Part shown: positions 44,612 through 51,209 of the stretch, one piece after another
How the letters are laid out: each line of letters starts with the position of its first letter
Position numbering within the stretch: the stretch's first letter is position 1
Notes under the pieces: generated by a model
What the model was told of the DNA's origin: nothing
The model's database searches: none
What the model saw: only the letters and a program-made list of their open reading frames with translations
Sequence record: OR896831.1
Length of the DNA: 51,209 nt
Origin: Escherichia phage BubbaBully
Direction: 5' to 3' (one strand)
Translations under genes and position numbers: made by a program

Positions 44612-45147
44612 TGATTAAATTTGAGCTTTGGGGTCACACATACCATCTGCGCGGCACTTATGGTGTCGCAATTGTAGACCTGGACGGCACACTATCGGAC
44701 GGCACGCATCGCTTGCACTTGCTGCCAACGAAAGACCTGCACCTAACTGAAAGCTGGAGCGAGTTTAACAGGGCGGCGCAGAATGACGCGCCAATCCAGG
44801 ATACGATTGATATCGTCAACGCACTTTGGAAGGCGGGAATGGGCGTGGTTATCCTGACTGGTCGCAGTGACGAGGTTGAAACAGACACTATCCTTTGGCT
44901 AGACCGCCACAAGGTGAAATATGACTGGCTTATCATGCGCCGCTCCGAGGATAACCGCAAGGACACAGTTATCAAAGAAGAGGTGTTGCGTGCAATCGGT
45001 CTGCAGTACATTACGTGCGCCTTTGATGATTCGCCAAACGTGATCAAGCATTTCCGCAGCCTGGGGGTTACGACCTATCAGGTAACGGAATACGACAAGC
45101 CGCACGCTAGTTTGCAGAGTCACGGCGTGGAGGAGTTGAGCAAATGA
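44611..45147 (+). CDS. HAD-superfamily phosphatase (polynucleotide-kinase-phosphatase-like)
   Basis: 178 aa with DxDGT motif (VDLDGTL) near N-terminus. Confidence 0.6.
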   Translation: MIKFELWGHTYHLRGTYGVAIVDLDGTLSDGTHRLHLLPTKDLHLTESWSEFNRAAQNDAPIQDTIDIVNALWKAGMGVVILTGRSDEVETDTILWLDRHKVKYDWLIMRRSEDNRKDTVIKEEVLRAIGLQYITCAFDDSPNVIKHFRSLGVTTYQVTEYDKPHASLQSHGVEELSK

Positions 45148-45359
45148 TTATCACGCACAACGTAGAGCCGAGCGCAAACACCGCACAGGATATGATTGCT
45201 GGAATGCCGCCAAAATCGCACAGAATGGTGCGTGTGTGGGGATTTCAGGGCAATGTAAGCCAAACGCTCAAGGAAATTTTAGCCCTGCCAGAAGTCGATG
45301 CAGCGCTTGTGGGGGTGCATACAAATGAATATGTTTCTTTCCACATCGTGACAAAATAG
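45144..45359 (+). CDS. hypothetical protein
   Basis: 71-aa ORF; TAG stop inside the next box. Confidence 0.45.
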   Translation: MIITHNVEPSANTAQDMIAGMPPKSHRMVRVWGFQGNVSQTLKEILALPEVDAALVGVHTNEYVSFHIVTK

Positions 45360-45399
45360 CACGAATTGCTAAAACGCGCTCCGAGAGGGGCGCTATAAT
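45356..45399 (+). promoter_or_regulatory. box promoter (box + hairpin + TATAAT)
   Basis: Box 45356-45374; imperfect stem GCGCTCC/GGGGCGC; TATAAT 45394-45399. Confidence 0.55.
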
Positions 45400-45430
45400 G
45401 CACCCATACCAACCAACGAGGGAAAACAAA

Positions 45431-45664
45431 ATGCGAGCAAAGATTAAAGCAACTGGCGGCTACACCGGAATGAAAAACGTCAAGCTTCCGCTGACACTAA
45501 AAGCGGTTTCCAGTGGTTATGGCACGGTCGATGTTAGCCTTGCCGAGTTGATTTATCACGGCTACGACTTTGCAGCAGGACAGGCAGACGAGATCCCGGA
45601 CTGCGAATTTAATTCTCAGACACTGACTTTCATTATTGGCGTAGAGGCGGAGATTGTAGAATGA
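45431..45664 (+). CDS. hypothetical protein
   Basis: Start at ATG 45431 after GAGGGAAAA RBS; 77 aa. Confidence 0.45.
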   Translation: MRAKIKATGGYTGMKNVKLPLTLKAVSSGYGTVDVSLAELIYHGYDFAAGQADEIPDCEFNSQTLTFIIGVEAEIVE

Positions 45665-45894
45665 AATATCAGATCTTTAAGGCAGTAGACAAAATCGACG
45701 GCGAGCTTTCACTTTTCCTCTTTGACGAGGAGAACGGCTACACAGTCATTGACTATTCACCGGAAATGATGGGGCGCTTGATTAGTGATATCAAGGCTGG
45801 CGGCAGTTGCCACTGGAGCGATAACGAAGGAGAAACTTCGCGCCGTGATGATATGCTTGATGCGGTCTTAATGTGTGAGTTCGAGGCTGAATAA
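45661..45894 (+). CDS. small acidic protein
   Basis: 77-aa ORF, ATGA overlap. Confidence 0.45.
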   Translation: MKYQIFKAVDKIDGELSLFLFDEENGYTVIDYSPEMMGRLISDIKAGGSCHWSDNEGETSRRDDMLDAVLMCEFEAE

Positions 45895-46085
45895 TGAAGT
45901 GCATCCGGTCAACATACGATCTATTCAAGGCGGGTGAAAGTTACCCGCTCATTGAGAAAGGCCAGGTCGGGCGGTTCACGGTATACGAATACACCGACGT
46001 GCAAGGTTGGGTTTATACTTTCGGACTCGACGAGAACGGAGAGAACGAAACAGACGGCAATTTCATGAAGTTTACAAAGGAGTAA
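45894..46085 (+). CDS. hypothetical protein
   Basis: 63-aa ORF, TAATG overlap. Confidence 0.45.
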   Translation: MKCIRSTYDLFKAGESYPLIEKGQVGRFTVYEYTDVQGWVYTFGLDENGENETDGNFMKFTKE

Positions 46086-46146
46086 CACAATGATTGAGAA
46101 CAAATTCAGCGGCAACAAAGACGACGCAGAGATCACAGAGTTCTAA

Positions 46147-46191
46147 ATAGCACTTTTTGCTAAAGACTTTCCGCAAGGCCATTGGTATAGT
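46147..46191 (+). promoter_or_regulatory. box promoter (box + 23 bp + TG-n-TATAGT in hairpin loop)
   Basis: Box ATAGCACTTTTTGCTAAAG 46147-46165; TATAGT 46186-46191 within AAGGCCA/TGGCCTT hairpin. Confidence 0.55.
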
Positions 46192-46229
46192 GGCCTTATT
46201 GAAAGCAACCACGCAAACAGGAGATAAAA

Positions 46230-46385
46230 ATGCGTAACTTTGAGAAAATCCGCACCAACAAAGACCGCCGCGCCGCTGGTGAGATTGTGGACTCACACCG
46301 TCGCCGCAAGAAAACTCAAAAACGCGGTAGTGCGGCAAAGCGCATGGATTGGGATCAACTTCAAACTAACTACAGGTCTAAATAA
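46230..46385 (+). CDS. small basic protein (51 aa), not in ORF track
   Basis: ATG after CAGGAGA RBS; Arg/Lys-rich; TAATG overlap with next gene. Confidence 0.4.
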   Translation: MRNFEKIRTNKDRRAAGEIVDSHRRRKKTQKRGSAAKRMDWDQLQTNYRSK

Positions 46386-46573
46386 TGTTTACACTACGTG
46401 ACCACAGCGAATTGCAGGGCAAAACGGCGGAGTACCTCCGCCAACTTGCAGACGACATAGAGAGCGGTAAAGTGTGCGTTGACCGCATGACCATCGAATC
46501 ATCAATCGAATGGTTCAAGATCGAGAAGCGCGAAATCATCATTAACACAATGGAGGCAACTGACAATGAGTAA
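46385..46573 (+). CDS. hypothetical protein
   Basis: 62-aa ORF. Confidence 0.45.
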   Translation: MFTLRDHSELQGKTAEYLRQLADDIESGKVCVDRMTIESSIEWFKIEKREIIINTMEATDNE

Positions 46574-47135
46574 AAAGGTTATTATTCTCAACGCTCCACC
46601 AGGTGCAGGTAAAGACACCATCGGAAATCTGATTTGCAAGCACGCGCCGCGATACGTTGTTAAGCGCTCATTCAAAGAGCCGATGTTTAAGATCGCTAAG
46701 GCAATGCTGGGCGATTATCGTTTCGGCCTGTTTATGCAAGCGTATGAAGACAGGGAGCAGAAAGAAAAAGCGCAACCTTTCCTGAATGGTAAATCACCTC
46801 GCCAGTTTATGATCTGGATTAGCGAGGATGTGATAAAACCTCAGTTTGGGGATCAGTATTTCGGCGTAGTCATGGCTGAGGCGGTGCGAGATAGTCAAGT
46901 TCCGGTTGTTATCACTGACGGCGGTTTTCCTGATGAAGTCAAGCCACTGGTCAGTGCAGGGATTCAGGTAAACATTTGCCGCCTACATCGAGACGGATAC
47001 ACGTTTGATGGTGATAGCCGGAATTACCTAAACCTTGAGGGCTACCATCACCGAATCGTGACGCGAGATTACATTCTTGTGCATGGCGATCCGATGCATA
47101 CCGTAGACCATATTTGTGAGGATGTTCTCAAATGA
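46566..47135 (+). CDS. dNMP-kinase-like P-loop kinase
   Basis: 189 aa; N-terminus KKVIILNAPPGAGKDT resembles the T4 gp1 deoxynucleotide monophosphate kinase P-loop (recollection). Confidence 0.55.
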   Translation: MSKKVIILNAPPGAGKDTIGNLICKHAPRYVVKRSFKEPMFKIAKAMLGDYRFGLFMQAYEDREQKEKAQPFLNGKSPRQFMIWISEDVIKPQFGDQYFGVVMAEAVRDSQVPVVITDGGFPDEVKPLVSAGIQVNICRLHRDGYTFDGDSRNYLNLEGYHHRIVTRDYILVHGDPMHTVDHICEDVLK

Positions 47136-47235
47136 TATCAACGCCGCAAGATCCGAAAGAGCCTTTCAACGCGCACAAGGCGCTAATGGTTCTACTGACC
47201 ATCATGATAATCGGTTACACTGTAAGGGGTATTTT

Positions 47236-47433
47236 ATGGCTGGTAACACACTGAAAACTATCGGCGCAGTCCTGTTAATCGTTGGCGGCTCACTGCTTAC
47301 TGAGCCAGGTTTCTTTAACTCAGTAGGCACATTTGCGGTGTTGTGTGGCGGTCTTATCGGCGGCTACATGGACGGCAGGAGAGCTGGGCGGCGCGAGGCT
47401 TTCGGCGGTGAAGATAAAAATCCGATAAAATAG
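47236..47433 (+). CDS. small membrane protein
   Basis: Start at ATG 47236 (AAGGGG RBS) within track ORF 47116-47433; two hydrophobic segments. Confidence 0.4.
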   Translation: MAGNTLKTIGAVLLIVGGSLLTEPGFFNSVGTFAVLCGGLIGGYMDGRRAGRREAFGGEDKNPIK

Positions 47434-47473
47434 CACGAATTGCTAAAACTTCCGCGAGGGCATTTGGTATAGT
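47430..47473 (+). promoter_or_regulatory. box promoter (box + 22 bp + TG-n-TATAGT in hairpin loop)
   Basis: Box 47430-47448 overlapping TAG stop; TATAGT 47468-47473 within GAGGGCA/TGCCCTC hairpin. Confidence 0.55.
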
Positions 47474-47515
47474 GCCCTCATTGAAGCAAAGCAACCAATC
47501 AAAGGAGATAACGAA

Positions 47516-47794
47516 ATGGCTACTATCCGCAAACACCTTGTAAACGCATTCGAAAACGTAGGCAAGGAGTATGGCTGGGATGATGGACTGAAAACACCGT
47601 ACACGGCACGCCGCCAGGGATTCAACTCTTTGAGAGAATGGGCGCGTTGCATGGCTGCAAACTACATGCCTGAAAATCATATTCTCATGCCGGATTCGCT
47701 GCTAGAAATGATCGAAGATGCACAGCGAGCAGGTATTCCACTGACTCAACATGATTTCGACGCATACGCAGAGGAGGAAGTAAACGCATGGTGA
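47516..47794 (+). CDS. hypothetical protein
   Basis: 92-aa ORF with AAAGGAGA RBS. Confidence 0.5.
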   Translation: MATIRKHLVNAFENVGKEYGWDDGLKTPYTARRQGFNSLREWARCMAANYMPENHILMPDSLLEMIEDAQRAGIPLTQHDFDAYAEEEVNAW

Positions 47795-48000
47795 GCGACA
47801 AGCCGGAATCGGTCAAAATCCGCACTGATTATGACGGCTCGCCGTGGATTAAGGCCGGAAAGGTTTACGACGCAACGCTTGAGAAATCGGGCAAGTTTGC
47901 AGGGTGTTACAAAGCTGGTGGGGAATTGGGTTCCCCATTTTACACAAGGCTGAAAAATTCAGTTCACTTAAACGGTAAAGATTGGGAGATTGTAGAATGA
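47788..48000 (+). CDS. hypothetical protein
   Basis: 70-aa ORF. Confidence 0.45.
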   Translation: MVSDKPESVKIRTDYDGSPWIKAGKVYDATLEKSGKFAGCYKAGGELGSPFYTRLKNSVHLNGKDWEIVE

Positions 48001-48611
48001 AATATGTAAAACCAACGACAAGCGGTTTCGGTTACACGGCTGGCAAACTATATCAGATCCTGTTGACCTATGAGGGCGGTCAATTTGTTGTTAAGAACGA
48101 CAAAGGGGTTAATCAGATTATTCGCGGCGACGGCAAGCCGTCATTACGGTTAGAGCGTGGCGGAAAGTTTGAGATTGTGGATATTCCAGAACCTGGCGAG
48201 GCTCAAGAGTACGCAGTTGAAACAGCAAAAAAGACAAGCGAGGCTCTACGCGAGCACGTCAAAGGGATTGTGAAAGATTCTATTGTTAGCGCGGCGTTGC
48301 CTGGTGGCGTGCTTCATAAGGCAGTAAGCGAAAGCGATCACTTGCGAGCAGTGCGCCAAATCGCAGCAAACGCAACAGAGCTTGCAAGCGAGATTGCATC
48401 AGGTCGATATGATGCAAGTCTCTATATGAGACTTGAAAAGGCAGAACGCGAGGCGGAGCAGCACAAAGCGGATTGCATCAAAGCGGAAGCAATTGTTGAT
48501 CAGCTTTATGACATATTCCCGCAGGTGCGCAATCCAGAGCAATTGATTGCAGCAGTTCGCAGTTCGAAAATCTTTGCTGATGCGTTTTTGGAACTGCAAA
48601 AGGTTAAATAG
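47997..48611 (+). CDS. hypothetical protein
   Basis: Start at ATG 47997 overlapping upstream stop; 204 aa. Confidence 0.5.
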   Translation: MKYVKPTTSGFGYTAGKLYQILLTYEGGQFVVKNDKGVNQIIRGDGKPSLRLERGGKFEIVDIPEPGEAQEYAVETAKKTSEALREHVKGIVKDSIVSAALPGGVLHKAVSESDHLRAVRQIAANATELASEIASGRYDASLYMRLEKAEREAEQHKADCIKAEAIVDQLYDIFPQVRNPEQLIAAVRSSKIFADAFLELQKVK

Positions 48612-48651
48612 CACTTTTTGTTAAAGCTTCCGCGAGGACATTTGTTAAAGT
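48608..48651 (+). promoter_or_regulatory. box promoter (box + 22 bp + TAAAGT in hairpin loop)
   Basis: Box 48608-48626 overlapping TAG stop; TAAAGT 48646-48651 within GAGGACA/TGTCCTC hairpin. Confidence 0.5.
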
Positions 48652-48685
48652 GTCCTCATTGAAGCGAAACACGGAGATTTAGGAA

Positions 48686-48895
48686 ATGGCTGTATACACT
48701 GGCAAGATGTTTGAAAGCGAAAACCCGATTTACGGCGGCACTTATGAGCTAATCATTGATGAAGATCGCGTAATTCTGGCTGATGACTATAACCAAGAAT
48801 ATTACGAAGTAGAAGCCGATAAATGGGATGACGACGTTATGTTTCTTGTTGATAATAGCCGCATCAAGTTTTATGCAGTGGAGGAAGAAGAATGA
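48686..48895 (+). CDS. small highly acidic protein
   Basis: 69 aa, Asp/Glu-rich, ends VEEEE. Confidence 0.5.
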   Translation: MAVYTGKMFESENPIYGGTYELIIDEDRVILADDYNQEYYEVEADKWDDDVMFLVDNSRIKFYAVEEEE

Positions 48896-49143
48896 TCACA
48901 ATTAACCTATCAGAAGAACAAGCGAAATCATTGTTGCGCGGCCTGGGCTGGCGAATGGGTAGCGGTAGCGAGGCGGTTGTAAACATCAAAGAGGAAGTAG
49001 CAAGAGAGCTTTTTGCACAGCTTGAGCATAAACTGATGCCAGCCTCAACAAGCGCGGCGGAGCTTGCTGTGTGGCGGCATGAAAACGGCCTTAATGAAAT
49101 GGATGTTGAGAAGTGGAAGCGTAAAAACGAGGTGATGAAATGA
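48892..49143 (+). CDS. hypothetical protein
   Basis: 83-aa ORF, ATGA overlap. Confidence 0.45.
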   Translation: MITINLSEEQAKSLLRGLGWRMGSGSEAVVNIKEEVARELFAQLEHKLMPASTSAAELAVWRHENGLNEMDVEKWKRKNEVMK

Positions 49144-49478
49144 TTTATATTCATAGCTACGGTGTCGGCAAGTTTGGCAACAAACAGATCCGAAATATTC
49201 ACGACACGCTCGATGAAGCAATGGCACAGCAACGCGTTTTAGGTGGAGTGGTTAAGGCGTTTGAGTCAGTGGAAAACTTAGAAAGCGAATGGATGGAGCG
49301 CGAGCACATAAAGGATTTGATTGTTGATGAGGTGTCATGCCTGATTGACGATCTCACAACTGACGCGCCAGGCTCGCCGCGAAACTATGAGCATGGTTCG
49401 TCTCAGTGGGATAGCTGGAAGGTTAAAACGCTTAACAACCTCCGCAATATCCTTGATGGAAAATTTAACGAAATTTAA
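49140..49478 (+). CDS. hypothetical protein
   Basis: 112-aa ORF, ATGA overlap. Confidence 0.5.
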   Translation: MIYIHSYGVGKFGNKQIRNIHDTLDEAMAQQRVLGGVVKAFESVENLESEWMEREHIKDLIVDEVSCLIDDLTTDAPGSPRNYEHGSSQWDSWKVKTLNNLRNILDGKFNEI

Positions 49479-49516
49479 TAGTGTTTAAAGCGCCTCAGAG
49501 CGATTATAGGAGGCGC
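49478..49516 (+). promoter_or_regulatory. degenerate (internally deleted) box with hairpin carrying a TATAG element
   Basis: ATAG-TGTTTAAAG resembles the box with about 7 nt missing; stem GCGCCTC/GAGGCGC 49490-49516 with TTATAG in loop. Confidence 0.3.
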
Positions 49517-49537
49517 AAAAATCGGAGGTGCGATTGC

Positions 49538-49666
49538 ATGGATAACTACGAAAAACCGTCTCAGTGGTGCGCACGTAAGCAGGAGGAGGCACTTGAGCGC
49601 GGCGACCAGAAAGCAGCTTTAAACTATTTCCAGATGTTCCAACTTTGGCAGAGCAGAGGGCTATAA
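49538..49666 (+). CDS. small hypothetical protein (42 aa)
   Basis: Start at ATG 49538 after GGAGG RBS, inside alt-start track ORF 49481-49666. Confidence 0.3.
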   Translation: MDNYEKPSQWCARKQEEALERGDQKAALNYFQMFQLWQSRGL

Positions 49667-49667
49667 A

Positions 49668-49898
49668 ATGTTCGGATTGAATGAGGCAGAATTCAACATT
49701 GTAAAACGTGCGACAAAAGACTGCGTAAACGAGATCGCTGATCGCATTGAGCAGAAGGACGAGAAATATGATCACATCGCGGCTGGCATTATCTGCAAAC
49801 ACTATCAGCCAGTTAGCACTCTATTAACAAAAACGCAATTTATTTGGCTTGCCGGATACCTGAGAGGGCGCTGGGGAAAGAATTTTGACAGAGAATGA
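49668..49898 (+). CDS. hypothetical protein
   Basis: 76-aa ORF. Confidence 0.45.
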   Translation: MFGLNEAEFNIVKRATKDCVNEIADRIEQKDEKYDHIAAGIICKHYQPVSTLLTKTQFIWLAGYLRGRWGKNFDRE

Positions 49899-50040
49899 TT
49901 GACGTCATGCGCCTGATTGGTTAACCTAAACCTCGTAAACATAAGAGGCTCATTCGAGCAACGCGCCAGGCGATACTGGCAACCACAGCGCCGCGCTGGT
50001 TGTTCAACCGTAAGACGCGGCGTTTTTACAGGAGAAAGCA

Positions 50041-50208
50041 ATGAAACGATATCCAGAAGAAACAGCCAAAGTGACTATCATCGTGGAACGAAACGGCGTA
50101 AAGACTCGCTACAAAAAACGATTCAAGAAAGGCGAGGCAATGCTAGGCCGAATCTCTGATTTCATGATCAAGATTCAAGAGGATAAGCCAGATGAAATGG
50201 AAGGTTAA
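50041..50208 (+). CDS. small basic protein (55 aa), not in ORF track
   Basis: ATG after strong RBS CAGGAGAAAGCA (same 20-nt context as the ssb start); overlaps the next ORF start. Confidence 0.4.
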   Translation: MKRYPEETAKVTIIVERNGVKTRYKKRFKKGEAMLGRISDFMIKIQEDKPDEMEG

Positions 50209-50377
50209 GCTGACTATCAGGCGCATGGGGCGACAATGCCGCTCATGCAAGCAAGTTTTCGAATGCGAGGTTTCAGCGTCAAACGAGGTAGAGGCGGCGC
50301 AGTTTGCAAAAGAGCTTTCTGGTGCAGATCCAGAAACCCACAAGTTTTCAATTGATTATTTAAGGAGTTTATCATGA
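50192..50377 (+). CDS. hypothetical protein
   Basis: 61-aa ORF with GAGGA RBS. Confidence 0.4.
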   Translation: MKWKVKLTIRRMGRQCRSCKQVFECEVSASNEVEAAQFAKELSGADPETHKFSIDYLRSLS

Positions 50378-50607
50378 TCTTAGGCTTTGTTATTGGTTTC
50401 ATTGCCGCTATCGCAATGGTTATGGTTGTTGGCGGTGCAGCGCAGAAATACGCAATCAAAAATGGCTGGTACGCCTCCGCGATCTGGATTGAGAAAGAGA
50501 AGTGTTGGAAAGTGCGCGGTCGATTCCTCAGTGTGGCATCAAGGATTCATGCTGGCATCCTTGAAGAATACCGCTCAGGACGGAAAACCGTCAAATACGT
50601 AGATTAA
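50374..50607 (+). CDS. small membrane protein
   Basis: 77 aa with N-terminal hydrophobic helix. Confidence 0.45.
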   Translation: MILGFVIGFIAAIAMVMVVGGAAQKYAIKNGWYASAIWIEKEKCWKVRGRFLSVASRIHAGILEEYRSGRKTVKYVD

Positions 50608-50613
50608 CAGAAG

Positions 50614-50650
50614 CCCCGCGTTTGCGGGGTTTTTTTGTGCCTGTTATAAT
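50614..50650 (+). promoter_or_regulatory. terminator-promoter fusion unit (hairpin + T7 + TTGCGG-17-TG-n-TATAAT)
   Basis: CCCCGC-gttt-GCGGGG stem; -35 TTGCGG 50622-50627; extended -10 50642-50650; upstream of putative TerS. Confidence 0.5.
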
Positions 50651-50676
50651 TGGCCTCCAACAAGAGGAGGTTAACC

Positions 50677-51207
50677 ATGAGCAGAGAAGAAAAGCAAAAG
50701 CCATTCACGGCTTACAACTTTAAGAAACTATATAACAAGCAGTATGGCGATATCGCCACGCTAGGAAAGCAACACCGATACACGCCGGAGCAGGTTTTTA
50801 ACCTTGCCGTCAAATACTTTGAGTGGGCGGAGTCCAACGCACTAAAGGCGGCTGAATCTTCATCGTTCCAGGGGCGCACGTACCAGGACGAGGTAAACAA
50901 GCCGCGCGTTTTCACTTTCAACGGTCTGCGCCTGTTTTGCGGCTGGTCGCGATGCGCGATGGAGAAATGGAAGAAAGAGCCAGGTTTCTCCGAGGTTATG
51001 GAGTTTATCGAGTCTGTGATCTATGAGCAGAAATTCCAGCTTGCGGCTAACGGCGTGATTAACGCTGCATTCATCGCCAAAGATTTAGGAGTTGACCAGC
51101 CGACGCAAATCAACGTTAGCGCAAACTCCGAGTCAAGCGCTGCAATCGCAGAGGTTGGAGCCGACGAGGTGCGCGAGGCGGTTCGTGATATTCTTGCGGA
51201 GATCTGA
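50677..51207 (+). CDS. putative terminase small subunit
   Basis: 176 aa from ATG 50677 (GAGGAGG RBS); ends 2 nt before window end and, circularised, sits directly upstream of terL; call by position only. Confidence 0.5.
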   Translation: MSREEKQKPFTAYNFKKLYNKQYGDIATLGKQHRYTPEQVFNLAVKYFEWAESNALKAAESSSFQGRTYQDEVNKPRVFTFNGLRLFCGWSRCAMEKWKKEPGFSEVMEFIESVIYEQKFQLAANGVINAAFIAKDLGVDQPTQINVSANSESSAAIAEVGADEVREAVRDILAEI

Positions 51208-51209
51208 TT

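Noticed and set aside
28975-48651. TTG(C/T)TA of the box acting as a conventional sigma70 -35 hexamer
   Set aside because: Spacing to the -10 is 22-23 bp in every copy, outside the 16-18 bp range for sigma70 -35/-10 recognition; many copies instead have an extended -10 (TG-n)
28965-48651. Box as a T4 MotA-box-type middle promoter element
   Set aside because: The sequence only loosely resembles a MotA box (TGCTA versus TGCTT) and the geometry differs (MotA boxes centre near -30 with about 12 bp to the -10); a different, unidentified factor is more plausible
1-51209. Lysogeny module (integrase, repressor, attP) and tRNA genes
   Set aside because: No ORF showed integrase or CI-like features and no intergenic region long enough and structured like a tRNA was seen by eye; absence is provisional without tRNAscan or profile searches

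Overview
The window reads as a complete, circularly permuted genome (about 51.2 kb) of a virulent T1-like siphophage, judged from gene content by recollection of family signatures, not from any database search. The putative small terminase gene ends 2 nt before the window end and the large terminase gene starts at position 1. Layout: (i) 1-18941, + strand structural module (TerL, portal, Mu-F-like head protein, scaffold-like protein, two paralogous head proteins, major capsid, connector proteins, major tail, G/GT chaperone with a -1 frameshift, tape measure, lambda-like M/L/K/I/J tail tip); (ii) 18975-20132, - strand Cor-like lipoprotein plus a split receptor-binding-like ORF pair; (iii) 20623-23204, + strand recombination module (PD-(D/E)XK exonuclease, Erf-like annealing protein, SSB); (iv) 23232-28951, - strand block with a tail fibre carrying a C-terminal S74-type chaperone, a primase and an HTH protein; (v) 29041-36559, + strand helicase, VRR-NUC nuclease, Dam methyltransferase, metallophosphatase and a pinholin / SAR-endolysin / unimolecular-spanin lysis cassette; (vi) 36571-41841, - strand accessory block (P-loop NTPase, compact C5-methyltransferase-like protein, several Cys-rich small proteins); (vii) 42565-51207, + strand early block of many small proteins, a HAD phosphatase, a dNMP-kinase-like protein and TerS. 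No integrase, repressor, tRNA or CRISPR array was recognised. The most striking feature is regulatory: at least 15 promoters share one architecture (a conserved 19-bp box ATAGCAC-N3-TTG(C/T)TAAAA, a fixed 22-23 bp spacer carrying a sequence-variable dyad, then a -10 hexamer and a CA-rich leader), which places the box centre near -42. Canonical sigma70-type promoters occur only in the two AT-rich divergent control regions and in terminator-promoter fusion units of the late operon. Coordinates of regulatory elements were counted by hand from ORF-track anchors and may be off by a base or two.
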